Source of the DNA: Eledone cirrhosa
Lineage: Eukaryota
DNA length: 64,000 nt
Assembly: GCA_964016885.1 (NCBI GenBank)
Contig: OZ024755.1
Coordinates: forward strand, 23,002,001 to 23,066,000
Reading direction: 5' to 3'
The position numbers and the translations under genes are program-made. The notes under the pieces were generated by a model, which was not told where the DNA came from, did no database searches, and was given only the letters and a program-made list of their open reading frames with translations. The stretch's first letter is position 1. Each line of letters begins with the position of its first letter. This document shows, in pieces, positions 1 to 13,484 of this stretch.

Positions 1-1137
1 TGAAATAATTTATTTAGGCTTATATATATTCATGTTGAGGTCATGTTTGTTTGTTTCTTATCAGCATTGTCTGTTGAATGCTATGATTATTGAACAGATA
101 AAAATAAATAAAATGACATTTAAGATAAATGTTTTTTGTTTCAAGCAATTTTTTTAATATAATTATAAACTTTTAGCTTCCTCCACCCACTGATTCTCTG
201 TTCCATCATTGTATGGGAAATCATGTTCTTTTGATGAAAAAGCATCGCTGTCTTTTTCCATCATTTGTTAGAAAATGTCAAAGATATATAGACAAGATAC
301 AATGCAGTAATGTTTATATATATTTCCCTTTCCTTTAAAAGAATATAATTATTATTATTTGGTGGAATCGGTAAAGTGCCACACAAAATGCCTACTGATA
401 TTTAGTGATGTCTCATTATGTTCAAATTTTCTGAATTCAAGTCATACCATGATCTACTATATTTATATCTCATCCTTCCGGACTTAATAAAATAATGTAT
501 CTGTCAAATACTAGAGTCAATTTAATCGACAAGCCCTCCCATTAAAATCTGTAACAATGAGCATGTTCTAGAAATAATTATGCAATTTTATTAAAGGGCA
601 GTGTAGAATGCTAAATCAAATGCTTTGCAAGAGAATTTTTAGTTACATAACAAATTCGCCAAAGTAGACTATGCCGTTCAAGATTACAAGATTGATGAAT
701 TAAAATATTAGTCAAGTACTATGGATAATTAAACTGACTATACACTCACACCAAAAAATAATCTCTGCCTGGCTTTATTAGAAATAATTATTTAAATACT
801 TGTGTGTGATCTACCTTGAGCCAATGTAAAAAGTCTAAAGTCTGTCTTAAGCCAGAAGGCTCATTTGGCCAGTGCTTATCCCGATTTCATGGCGTGAAGT
901 GACTGAGAGTACAAGACCCCCCTAGACAGGACGCCAGTCCATCACAGGCTTAAACCTCCAGTTATTGTTGGTACTCATTTTCAGCTGAGTATACTGGAGC
1001 AACGAGAAATGAAGTGTTTTGCTCAAGAACACAATATGCAACCCAGGAATCAAACCCACAACATTATGATCGTAAGTCCAATACCCTTACCACTAGGCCA
1101 TGTGCCTCCACATATGTAATATATATATATATATATA

Positions 1138-2488
1138 TCTGTACTATAAAGCTTATGGCCGTATGTAGGTAACAAACTTTCCACCAAACAGCACCAAATT
1201 TGCACCATAGATGTAACTTTTTCCAAGTAAAAAGGTGAGGATATTTTTGTCTACTGAATTTTGTTAAAAGATTAGACATTATTTAAATATTCACTTCTTT
1301 AAAATTTCAAATGTCAACACTTCCGGTTATACGTCATTCCTCACTTTTTCTTATGACGTCGCACAACATTTCCCTCTTTTTCTTATAATATGTCTCTGTA
1401 TGTCTGGCTGTCTGCATTAAATAACGTTTTTCAAAATAATTACTTCTGCGTTCACAGACGGATTTTTTTAGTTTCAGAAGATCCCGTTAAGGGTGAAAGC
1501 AGCGATTCTTTGCTTAAACTTTAATCTGTTATTTTAATATATATATTCGTGTACAGATATTTTTGCATACACAAAAACAAAAACCTATTTATTTCACGAA
1601 AGCACAGACGGCTTATCGTCATTAGAGGTTAGAGGACCACAGTCTTTCCAAGATCTGAGAACCATCAATGGCCATCAATGTTCCACTTACTGTTTGGCTT
1701 GCCAGATGCGTGGTATGTGACATGATGACAGCCATTGGCACCTCACCCTGCAAGAAGCAGCAACTGCTAAAGTCCCTTCTCAGCTGCGAACACTTTTTGT
1801 TATTATGCTGCACAACTGCGATCTTGCCGACCCTCTCACACTGTGAAACAACCACCGTGAAAGTCTAGCTGAGGACATCCTCCACCGCACATGCAGACAT
1901 AATCCAAACATAACATACGATGTCGTTTTCAATGAGGCGCTCATTTGTCTTGAAAACAGTGTCCTGGAGATTGGTGGTAGGCCTCTAAGTCACTACAGAT
2001 TACCTGCTCCTGACAGGAGTGTCCAGAGGTCAACGTCTACAGAGCTTCTCCACAAGACAAGCTACAAAATCAGTGATTCTCCCACGATCAATTGTATGTA
2101 GGATGCTCTAGGGTGAGCTCGCCAAACAATCTCTTCATCTTTGCTCCGGAGGGCCGAACAAAAAAATATTGTATACTCTGAGGCTCTAACAATGTAATTT
2201 AAATATTTTCTGTTACTTGGAATTTCCATTATGGTTGTACAAATTATTGTTTGTTAAAAAATGTGTTCTCTGTTCAGCCTTTATTGTTGTAACTATCAAT
2301 TATCTTTAACGTACTGGCTACTGAACTGGGGAATCCTAAAAACTATTCAAACCAAACATCAGAGCACGTTAACCCCCCTGCTGACTTGAGAGGGCGTGCA
2401 GTATCTTTGCACTGGAATGTAGGGGGAATTCTTGAAAAGATAAAATGCCGGTATACCTAGCCGGACGCCAGCCGGACGGGCCAGCTAG
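1138..2488 (+). mobile_element. Internally deleted Helitron
   Basis: 5' end TC(TGTACTATAAAG) follows an A; 3' end is a GC-rich CCGG..CCGG segment then CTAG|T. Decayed RepHel coding pieces lie at about 1623-2190: VRGPQSFQDLRTING..., HLTLQEAATAKSPSQLRTLFVIML, ALICLENSVLEIGGRPLSHYRLPAP, and the PIF1 C-terminus FSHDQLYVGCSRV...NIVYSEAL. Confidence 0.85.
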
Positions 2489-2504
2489 TCTGTATATATG
2501 TGTG

Positions 2505-2541
<37 letters not shown>

Positions 2542-2942
2542 TCTTATATTGGCTCAAGGCGGATCACATGCAAACAAGTATTTGAATATAATTATTACTT
2601 GGTGGAATCTAGTATTATTATTAGTTTTATTAGCAAATATCAAAAGTTTACGCAAAGAATTTCTGCTTTCACCCTAAAGCAGGATCTTTAAGGTGAAAGC
2701 AGAAAGTGTTTGCTTGAACTTTTAATCTATGCTAATAATAAATATTTGCTCTACAGATTTATATGTATTTATTTATTTATATATATATATATACACAATC
2801 CTTATCGAGTCCTCTATGGATTTTGGTCACACATATATATATATACATATGTGTGTATGTGATAAAGTATGCGTTAGTTAATCACCCACACTATTGTATG
2901 CAGGATAGAGCACTCAAGAAGACTACAAATATGACTTGTACT

Positions 2943-2974
<32 letters not shown>

Positions 2975-2983
2975 TAATATATA

Positions 2984-3912
2984 TGAGGTGTTCAGGATTG
3001 CTAGGCAATGTGTCAAGGAAAACTGATATTGTCGGGGAGAAGTGTGTCCTTAATGATGATGGTGTACTTGCCATCACTGATGCTGATAAGAAGGTAGCTT
3101 GGAAGTGTCACTACGAAAGGCTACTAAATGAGGAGAATAAATGAGAGAAAGATACTCCCCCACATCGATCCAATAGAGGGACCAGCAGTGTTAGTCGAAG
3201 GTAGTATAATAAGTAAGGCAATCAAAGATATGAAGACGGGTAAGGCGGCTGGGCCTTCGGAAATAGTTGCTGAAATGCTGAAAGCTTCTGGAACGGTGGG
3301 ACACAACATGGTCACCCGGATAGTAAACCAAGTCATACAGAATGGGGTTGTTCCGAAGGACTGGCATAGCATCATCATTAACTGCTACAAGGGTAAAGGA
3401 GATGCCCTAGATAGGGGTAACTATAGAGGCATTAAATTAATCGACCAGGTCATGAAGGTCACAGAAAAAGTAATAGCGCAACTAATCAGAGAGCGAATTG
3501 ATCTAGATGAAATGCAGTTCGGGTTTGTGTCAGGTAAAAGTACCACAGACGCTCTTTTCATTGTACGACAACTACAGGAGAAGTACCTAGCTAAAAGTAA
3601 ACCCCTATACTTAGCTTTTGTCGACTTGGAGAAAGCCTTTGACAGAGTCCCCCGTTCCATTATCTGTTGGGCTCTTAGAAAACTAGGTGTTGATGAATGG
3701 CTTGTGAGATCTATATAAGCCATGTATAAAGAAACAGTCAGCAAGGTTAGAATTAACAACGAATATAGTGAAGAGTTTAGTGTAAAAGTTGGTGTTCATC
3801 AGGGCTCCGTTCTTACCCCACTACTATTTATTATTGCCCTTCAGGCTAAAACAGTGGAGTTCAAGACCGGCTGCCCATGGGAACTCCTATACGCAGATGA
3901 TCTAACGCTCAT
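2984..3912 (+). mobile_element. RTE-clade LINE reverse transcriptase fragment (decayed)
   Basis: Motifs GKAAGP, KGKGD..NYRGI, QFGF..STTD, FVDLEKAFDRV, GVHQGSVL and LLYADD; one stop codon and a frameshift. Truncated at a SINE at about 3918. Confidence 0.9.
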
Positions 3913-4606
3913 AATTAGTTTAAATCCCGCCGAGGTTAACTTTGCCTTTCATCCTTACGGGGTCGATAAAATAAAGTACCAGTAATGTACTGGGTAAGTA
4001 CTGGCCTTGTGCCAAAAGTAGAAACAACTATCTCAATTAGAAGCTACATCAAACATCTTTGAAATGCAAACAACATTGTATGCAAAGTTTGAACTTTTGA
4101 AGCACTGAGAGATTGAGGTTCATAGAGTGTAGGAACATTCAGACTCAGAAAATAGCTATAAATACAGAGAGAGAGAGCTCACACCTATGCAGGTTTAGCT
4201 GGCCTCTTCTAAGGTATATCTTGTTGGAGGTGTCTTGGGTAATTTAATGATAGGGATCCCAGGCCTATCATCTCATTTCTACAGCTGAGTAAACTGGAGC
4301 AATGGGAAATAAAGTGTCTTGTTCAAGGAAACAACACATCACCCGGTCCAAGAATTGAACCCACAACCTTTTGATTGCAAGCCCAATGCTCTAACCACTA
4401 AGCCATGCACCTTCACAAATACAGTCAGTTGCTATAAATGGCTTAGAAAACCAAGTAAAGACCCTTTTTAGATGGAAAAGAATGTGGCCAGCAGTTGCTA
4501 TGAAGAACTGAACTCCTTATCATTTAATGTCCATTTCCCCTGCTAGAACGCACACGCACGCATACATACATACATACATACATACATACATACATACATA
4601 CATACA

Positions 4607-4708
4607 TGATGGCTGCCCCCTCGTTATCGAGTATGGCCATTGTAAGAGGAGAAAAAAAAAAATTTATTAATAAATAAATAAAAAATAAAATAAAAATAAA
4701 AAAAAGAA

Positions 4709-4739
<31 letters not shown>

Positions 4740-6165
4740 TATACATATATACACACACACATATACACACACACATATACATTAATAACAATAATAATAA
4801 TAATAACAACAATAATAATGACGACAACAACAATAATAATATACATATACATATATACATACACATACACCCACACACATAAACATATCTATACACACAC
4901 ACACGATAGCAACTAACAGCACTGCGATCGAATGTGGCTTTTTAGCCCAGCCAATGATCTAAAATGCACAGTCGGCAACCAAAACATTCACTGGGAATAG
5001 TCGGCTGTGGTTGGAGTTTGTGTACTTTTGCATGTCGCTTGAGCCCTCCTGCTGATTTACATTCTCTACCACATGTTTGGCAAGCATGATGAGTAGCATC
5101 TCCAACAGCAGCCTGGTAGTCAACCACTGGTCTTACTTTATGACTGCGAAGATGACTTTCGAGTCCAGCTTTGCTTAGGCAGAGTCTCGCACAGATGCTG
5201 CATGTCAGCACCATAGGAGGACCCTCACCGTCTGGAAGTGCAACAGCAATGCCCTTCCTCACATCCCGCTTTACGTTCTCGTATGCGATTCGAGATGGCT
5301 CAAAGGCAACTTTTCCCTCATATACAGTCTTTCTCCATTTATTATGATCAGCAGCAATATTTTCCCATGTATCAGCAGAGATGTTAGCGTCTTTCAGAGA
5401 GGCTTTCAAGGAATCCTTAAATCCTCTTTTTTGGTTTATGTGGCGGTCGTTTTCCTTTAACCAACTCTCCATAAAAGAGTTGTTTTGGTATTCTAGAATC
5501 CTTCATCCTGGCAAGGTGACCACTCCAACGGAGTCGTTGCTTAAGCACAAGAGCTTCTATACTGTCACACATAGAGCTTTCCAAAATCTCGACATCACTG
5601 ATGTGGTCCCTCCAGTGAACGCCATGGATCCATCTGAGACACATCTGATGGAATTGCTCCAATTGCTTAAGGTGGTGTCGATATGTGACCCAGGTCTCGC
5701 AGGCATAAAGAAGACAAGAGAGCACACATGCCCTGTACACCTTTACCTTTGTCCTTCTGCATATGTCTCGCCGACCCCAGAGTCGCCTTTCTAGCTTTCT
5801 GAAAGCATCACTTGCTTTCCTAATCCTAAGTGAGATTTCACTGTCAAGGTTGCTGTATCGATTGACAGTGCTTCCCAGGTAGACAAACTGATCAACCACT
5901 CCAAGTCGTTTACCATACACATAGATGTTTCGTTCAGTGTACTGCTTACCAGGGGCAGGTTGTTACATGACGACGGTTTTCTTGAGACTGACAGTCAATC
6001 CTAGGGCAGTGCAAGCATCAGAAAATGCATTCAAAATGTGCTGCATATCACTCTGTGTGCGCTACAAGATCGCAATCATCTGCATACAAGAGGTCTCTTA
6101 TGATTGATGTAAATACTTTTATCTTTGCAGCAAAGCGCCTGATGTTAAATATGCTGCCTGATGTT
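4607..6165 (-). mobile_element. 5'-truncated RTE-type LINE with C-terminal C2H2 zinc fingers
   Basis: Motifs LLYADD, FVYLGS, LLYACETW, RLRWSGHL.RM...PKQLFYGEL; CxxC...HxxxH fingers (CSIC..HLRSH, CQTC..HAKVH). 3' end has a CTCG-ATAA-CGAG stem-loop and a (TGTA)n tail at 4562-4606. Low-complexity DNA interrupts it at about 4650-4905. Confidence 0.88.
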
Positions 6166-6190
6166 ATACATACATACATACATACATACA

Positions 6191-6792
6191 TGGTGGCTGC
6201 CAACTCGTTTTCGAGTACGGCCACTACTTTATATCCATGTAGGAGAACCCCTACCGATGCGCTGAACGACTGTGACTTTTTAGTCCAGCCAGCGACTTGA
6301 AAACTCTGGTACAAACACTACACTTGTGACAATTATTGACACATAGTGCTGGGCCCATGGTACCATGTGACGACAAGTGCAGAGAGATCTCCAGATATAA
6401 AGCAATGCCTGTGCCGTGAAGCTTTTATAGTGAGCAAAGGCACTGCACAAAGCCAGTCCCACTCTCTTAACCAAGATGATATTTACCAAAAAGAAGAACA
6501 AGTCAACATCATTGGATACCATCAGGGTTGCAGGTGTTATATCAGAGTTTTCCTTCTCCTAGAATTGACAAAGGCTAAGGGGTCATCTCTCCCGGTGATT
6601 TTGGATGGCCATTGACTCTTAAGAGCTCCTTTGCCCTTTGACAGGTTTTGTTTTTAGTCCTGCAGGATGTCCAAAGTCACCCTCCTCACCAAGAAACCTT
6701 GGTGGGGTTGCCAGTTTAGTCGCCAACGACCCGACCATGAGACAGGTTGTACTGGGATACATGTTACCAGTAGCACCAACTGGTGACCTGAC
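6191..6792 (-). mobile_element. Non-autonomous bipartite RTE-derived element, full-length copy
   Basis: About 600 bp, near-identical to the copies at 47556 and 49261 and to others. Has a residual ZnF ([19 protein letters not shown]), a 3' CTCG-AAAA-CGAG stem-loop like the adjacent RTE, and (TGTA)n flanks. Confidence 0.8.
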
Positions 6793-6982
6793 ATACATAC
6801 ATACATACATACATACATACATACATACATACATACATACATACATACATACATACATACATACATAGAGAGGAAGGGGGGAAATAGAGACAAATAGATA
6901 TATATTTTGTTGAAGAGAAGGTATTAACTGAGCAACATGAGAATGGATGAAAACAGTTGCTGTAAACCAACATTGAACCTAC

Positions 6983-7146
6983 CTTAAAGTCTCCTTTATC
7001 ACAGATTTCAAGTAAGCTAGTGAACGAAGATCAGTTGATAATATTTCTGAATTCTGACCAACATCTTTGACTTCTGCATAAAGTTTCTCTTGAATGTGTG
7101 GGTTTTTTGATAACTGGTACAGCAGGAATGCAAGGCTGTGGCCTGT
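6983..7146 (-). CDS. Cytochrome P450 coding exon 6 (I/J/K helices, ExxR)
   Basis: Acceptor ccAG and donor AG|GTAGG; 164 nt. Reads TGHSLAFLLYQLSKNPHIQEKLYAEV...LAYLKSVIKETLR. Cumulative exon lengths (211, 440, 631, 824, 972, 1136) match every splice phase. Confidence 0.93.
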
Positions 7147-8147
7147 CTGGTGAAATAAAGATACCATGAAACAGAAGTACAGTGTCTTCCTATTTAGGGA
7201 GATTCTACATATGATAGAAAATATCAACAATATCGCAATGAAGGAAGTTCTCAAATCAACATAGAGGCATGTATATGGTCACTTGACCTAAAAAAAGAGG
7301 GCATAAAATATCCTTCATAATTGCAATTTACCATGTTTTCTATATTTGGTACATTGTACTGTTGAGAAGTGGTAGTGCTGGTGCCAGGATAATATGCACC
7401 CAGCCCACTCTGTAAAGTGGTCGTGTTGGTGTCATGATAAATGTGTCCAGTCATCTCTGTAAAGTGGTAGTGCTGGTGCATGCTGTAAAGTGGTTGGCAC
7501 TAGGTAAGGGAATCCAGCCATAGAAATCGTGCCAAAATGGAATGTAAAAGCATGGTGTAGTCATTTGATCTGTCAAATTTCAGAAGGTGACAAGCTAACA
7601 TGCTAGCATGGACAAGTAAAATTGTAATCATGATGTAATATTAAACACATTATATGAGAAAAATACAGAATGAGTATTTATGGAACCTCTTTAATCATAT
7701 GCCTAACAAATTAACTCAATACATTTTGCTTTTGAAATTGTAAATATACCAAAATGACTCGTAGCAATAAAACCAAACCTGTTTGACACCCGTAACAATG
7801 CAAACCAACATACACTGGCAGACTTTTGTGTCTAACAATAACACACACACCATGCCACATATTATAACACCAACCTCAAAGAAGTAAACACCATGTTAAG
7901 CTATTTTTCTAAAAACCACACAGGAAAATCATTATCAAGTTGGGCTGGGTGGCCATGTCTCATTCATATAGGAATATTTTTGGCTGGTTTTCTATGGGTG
8001 AATGCCAACCACATTGACAGTGTGTGCTGGGTGCTTTTTGCCATGACTTTTACAAGTCCACTTTACAATGTGGACTAGTTGCTTTTTGTTGTGACACCTA
8101 CATGATCACTTTACAGTATGGGCTGGATGTTTTATGATACCTGCATA

Positions 8148-8178
<31 letters not shown>

Positions 8179-8719
8179 CACATGCACATATGATAATGAT
8201 ATACACATATATATAAATTTGTGTGCATATACATATACCATATATGTAATATACATACATACACATATCATACATATACATACACACTTCATATATACAC
8301 ACATAAATATATCATCAACCTTGTCGATTAGCATCCATCATTCATGGGTAGGATGGATCGACCCTTGTTTAGCTCACCTGGGGCGATTTTGGCTTGGTTT
8401 CTACAGCTGGGTGCCCTTCCTACTGCCAACCACATTTACAGTGTGTGCTGGGTGCTTTTTGTTGTCACCTACACAACCACATTACAGTGTGGGCAGGGCA
8501 CATTTTGTTGTGACACCTACACAACCACTTTACAGTGTAGACTGGGTACTTTTGTCATGTCACTGACACAACCACTTTACAATGGGGCATGGGCATTTTT
8601 GTCTTGGGACTAGGGGTGGGGAGGAAGCTTGGGGGAAATGTGGACAGGGTAGTAGGGGAGGTATGGTTACCGCTAAGGGAGGTTGAGGAAGGTGTTGCCT
8701 ACTAGGTATAAGCCTCAGT

Positions 8720-9125
8720 CTGAGAATAAGAGGGTGGGTCTTCTGTAAAACTGCATAGCACCAGAGGTCGCGGTCCTGTGTCATTGCCTTTGAGAGGTGT
8801 AATTGTGCAAAGTCAGCTTTTATTACTTCATCCCAAGTCTTCCTAGGCCTGCCCACACCATGGCTATCATCGACTTTGAGCGCTCTGCACCTTGTTATAC
8901 AGCTGTCATCCAACGCAATCTCCTCTCCTGCATGCAACAACTGATACCTCTTATGCCTAATTTCTCACGCAGTATATTTATACTTTGCCATTCATGTATA
9001 TTGCTATTGCACATCCAGCAAAGCATGGAGGCTTCATTTCTTTCCAATATACGCAGGTCCTCAGCACACAGTGCCCAGGTCTCGCTGTGAAACATTGTAG
9101 TTCATTGAAACTATGCACCCTCCAA
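8720..9125 (-). mobile_element. RTE LINE 3' ORF fragment
   Basis: Reads HSETWAL...LERNEASMLCWMC...LREKLGI...ERRLRW and GRPRKTWDEVIKAD...DRDLW. Confidence 0.8.
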
Positions 9126-10215
9126 ATATACCAGCATTTTGATTACCTTTTTCTATTTGAAAAAAAAAGGAAAAGGCTCGTAATAATTGGTGAAGTTATA
9201 GGAACACTGCCTGAACACACATAATGTCTTGAGGATTTAAACTTAACAGAGCCCATCTCTCTCCATGTCTGAACACAGTTGATTCCTTCCAAAGAAGTAG
9301 AGAGAGCAAGAGAAAGTGATAAAAGAAGATAGAGGATGACTTATCCCCATCAAAACACACCCCCGTCCCACCACCTCCACCCCACCCACACCGCCCCTTT
9401 CAATGTAAAGTTATGTTGGTCCCACAACATCCAGGCCGAAACAAATGAGATCGTGTAGGTGTCACGACAAAAAACACACAGTCCACGCTGTAAATGTGGC
9501 CGTGTAGGCAACACGGTAAAAACCTCCCAGCCCCACACTGTAAATGTGGTTGGTGTTAGGAAGGGCATCCAACTGTAGAAAACCCGCCAGACAGTCCTAT
9601 GCGAGCAAGACAACCACTCTTGCCTCAAGTGGGAAAACCCCCGTCCAAACCCATGCAAGCGTGGAACACGGACGCTAAACCTGATGATGATGATGATGAT
9701 GAATGCTACTGGTATTTTATTTATGAACTTTGAAAGGATGAAAAGTAAAGTCAGTCTCTGTGGGATTTGAACTCAGCACAAAGAGTTGGAACATATATTG
9801 AGGCATTTAATCTAATGCCCTAACCACTAAGCCAATTTGTCATCATTAGATGCCCAAAATTCAAAAGGAGAATTCAAAAGCTCACACAATCATACAAAAT
9901 CATAAACATATGTCTAAACATTTCTTAAAACTCACTAACTCACACACCTGATCAAATCACAACATTGAACCATGACAATGTTCACAACCTTAATGTAAAG
10001 AATAATCCTCCCACAGCTACCATTCTAACTAATATCAACATCAACAAAACTTCTGTCTCCTCCCTCACCCAACCTTGATAGTTACTTATATAAAAACTAA
10101 GTTTCTAATTTAGGTATGGAGCCAGTAATTTTTAAGGGAATAGAAAAGTAAGTTGTATTGATTCTAATACATGACTGGTATTTTAAATCCTACTGAGGTC
10201 AATACAAAAACAAAA

Positions 10216-10268
<53 letters not shown>

Positions 10269-10270
<2 letters not shown>

Positions 10271-10682
10271 AGTTATCGTTTTAGGTAATCCAGTTAGAGG
10301 TTGTGAGTACTCTGTACTATTGATAGTTTTAACGTACGGCGTTGTTTGACTCAACCAGAGGTTTCCATAGTTAGGTAGCGAGTTTGTGAGAATTCCCATG
10401 CAGGTTATTCTTGGAGTAATAGTAGTGAAAGAGTGAAGAATAACATGGTCGGTTGTACAAAAGGGGTTTTATTTACAGTATTAGCAATTGTTTCATTGAT
10501 CAGGTGAGTCTAAATATACTCCGATGATTTGATCAGAGGCACACACTGTATTTAAGGTCGAGTGACGCAATTTCGAGTGATCAGCGGCCTTTAGACTCAC
10601 CTGATCAATGAAACAATTGTTAATACTGTAAAAAATAAAACCCTTTTTGTACAGCCGACCATGTTATTCTTTACTCTTTCAC

Positions 10683-10684
<2 letters not shown>
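10269..10684. mobile_element. Hairpin+tail element, family H1 (second copy at 29292-29703)
   Basis: ~90-bp inverted arms (10423-10684) and a 155-bp tail, with (TA)n on both sides. Confidence 0.75.
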
Positions 10685-10733
<49 letters not shown>

Positions 10734-11059
10734 TTATGTGTGTGTAAAGAAAGTATTCTCAAACCCAAAACTTAGGTTAAATGCTTGCAACAGAGTCATC
10801 TCCCTTAAAGAGGCTAAGTAATAATCAATTAAGTCTGCTACTCAAAGTGCAAAGAACAAATACTACAAGGCATATTATTGAATGTTAGAACATTTCTATC
10901 ATTCCACTACATTAACTAGTACTTTATTTATCGACTCTGAAAGAATGACCAATAAAGTTGACCATGGCAGGATTTGAACTGAGAACGCAAAGAGTTGAAA
11001 TAAATAGAACAAGGCATTCTGTGTGACACTCTTCCAACTAGAGTGCATAACTTGGAGAT

Positions 11060-11350
11060 CAGAGAGTCTCTCCAGGTAGAGCTGCTACTTCTCCAAATTG
11101 AGTGATCATATTATGGACATGTGGTTAGAATGTCTCAGGAAAGAATTGCTGGATAGATTTTATGGGAAAAAAAATCCAACTGGCATGTGACCCAGGGGAA
11201 AACCCCAAAGGAAGATGGTTGGATAACATCCATGAGCTCAGCTGGTCTCACTGTGGGATCCAACCAGATCAATTGGAAATAATTGCTTCTGACCAGATTC
11301 ATTGGAAGGAGTGTTTGAGGACTCTACCCCAACAACCCTCTCAGGAATAA
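11060..11350 (+). mobile_element. RTE-type LINE 3' fragment (related pieces at about 36255-36420 +, 25130-25225 -, 19210-19410 +, 25600-25960 -, 32285-32460 +)
   Basis: Decayed GHV.RM.....GRPxxRW.DNI.EL-type C-terminal RT-thumb segments. 32288 reads RRLRLAGH..RHPEL...RRGRPRLTY. Confidence 0.65.
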
Positions 11351-13017
11351 GTGGATGAAGAAGAAGCCCTTCCAACTCATTTATTGAGCACTGGTGGCTG
11401 CAATCTAATGGATCTATGATTAAAGGCACTCTAACCATGACCAACCTGCTGTTTGTTTTTCAAACTACCCTACCCACTGTATCTTTCATTTCTAAGACGT
11501 TGAATTAAGGTATTCCAACACATGGAGGCTATGAAACTTAGCTGTTCTATATCTGTCCTTGTTTTTCATCTTTCTTATTTTTGTTTCTTTTGCCTCTTTT
11601 ATCCCCCCCCTCTCTTTCTCTCTGTCTTTCTCTCTCTCTCTCTCACACACACATGCACACACTCTCTTACTCACTCACTCTTTCCCACACACACTCCCAC
11701 ACTCACTCATACACTCATCCTCTATCCCAGTTTGCCATAGCTTACCAGCTTTACATGTCCAGATGTTTAAATTGATTAATTAAATCAATAACTACATAAA
11801 AAAGGGAGATTTTGCTACAATTTTCAATAGGTAAAGCACTTCCACCCACATAGACTGTTTGTTGGCAAGTAGTATAAGTATGTTTAAAATGGCTAAAATG
11901 ACACTCTTACTATGCAATGGTTGTGGTGTAAATACTATGTTTGGTATGGATCTGTAACTCATGAGGGAGTTTTAGGGGTGCCATATCAACCTATGGCATT
12001 TCTTAGGGTCCTTTTCTTGGTTATTTTAAGCCTAGTGGAGTCCAGCCTTCTCCAGGTCTCAAATACAGCAGATTTCTTCCAGAGAAGGATGGGGAGTGAG
12101 AGAATGGAAACAAGAAAGAGATATAGAGGAAGAATCAACCCCAGTACTTGACTGGTACTATTTTATAGACCTTGAATGAATGAACGACAAAGCAGACCTC
12201 GAAACATGTTTACTATTGCATAATAAATTACATCATATCCTGTTTACTGAAAGGTGTAGTTAATTAATGTAAACAAAAAGTGGATCCTTGACAAAATGCA
12301 TCCAGTACACCCTACAAAGAAGTAGTGGGGTGCCATGGGAAAATAAATACACCCAGTACAAACTTTAAAAGGAATGGCATTAGGAAGAGCATCTAGCCAT
12401 AGAAACCATACCAAATATGGAGCATATGAACAGGATGAGGCTGGTCCCTTTTGTCTGTTCTCAGACCATCCAACCCATGCCCGCATGAAAAACATCCAAC
12501 CATAGAAACCATGCCAAATATGGAACATGTGAACAGGATGAGGTTGCTCCCTCCTGTCTGTTCTCAGACCATCCAACCCATGCCAACATGAAAAGCAGAC
12601 AAAGAATGATGATGATGATGATAATTATTTCTACATATTGGCACAAGGCCAGCAATTATCTCAGTGTATTACTGGTACGTTATTTTATTGACCCCGTAAG
12701 GATGAAAGGCAAAGTTAACCTCGGCAGGATTTGAACTCAGACCATAAAGGGCCGTAACTCTATGCTTCAAAGCATGGCATCCAACCCTCTACCGATACTG
12801 AATTGTTTCTACTTTTGGCACAAGGCCAGCAATTACCCAGTGCATTACTGGTACTTTATTTTATCGACCCCGTAAGGATGAAAGGCAAAGTTAACCCCGG
12901 CTGGATTTGAACTCCGAATGGCAAGGGCCGTAACTCTATGCATCAAAGCATGGCGTCCGGCCCTCTACCGATACTGCCAATCCAATAATAAAGGTGGACT
13001 GGAGCTAGATTTCTTAC

Positions 13018-13165
13018 CGTGTCAACACTTGCAAATAGCATGTCAGTAATAAAAACACCAAACTCTTCATCATCTAAAGGAAGGAGTGGTCGAAGTAGTG
13101 GTGCATCATTGCCTGTTAAGGAATTCTGGAGGATTACTGATGCCCTTGAATAGACTTTCGATAAG
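13018..13165 (-). CDS. Cytochrome P450 coding exon 5 (I-helix start)
   Basis: Acceptor tttcAG and donor ACG|GTAAG; 148 nt, keeps frame. Reads YLSKVYSRASVILQNSLTGNDAPLLRPLLPLDDEEFGVFITDMLFASVDT. Not present in the ORF track. Confidence 0.9.
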
Positions 13166-13484
13166 CTGAAATAATAAACAAATTTTTATGCATTTATAAA
13201 TAAATTTGGTGGTATTTCATTTAAGTTTGAAAGTATGGAAGGCAAAGTTGACCTCTGCAGGATTTGAAGACAACTTACAAACAACCAGATCACAGAATGA
13301 ATGTCATAGTATATCTGTAATTAATTGCTAATTGAAAAATACATAGTCTTCCTCTGATTATAAACCTTTATTAAACCACAAAAAAAACACTGAGTTTTTG
13401 TTTCATAGATGCCATCTTGTTACTGAAAATTACAACTACTTCCTGTAGAAGAGGAAATGTAAAATATGTTCAGAAAAACTTTAA

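Noticed and set aside
165-266. Short minus-strand ORF (MMEKDSDAFSSKEHDFPY...) as the next P450 exon
   Set aside because: It has no acceptor site and no similarity to the expected post-ExxR, PERW or heme-binding sequence.
6700-6792. HDV-like ribozyme at the 5' end of the RTE derivative
   Set aside because: P2-, P3- and P4-like pairings are visible, but no P1/P1.1 fits the canonical order, so I did not call it.
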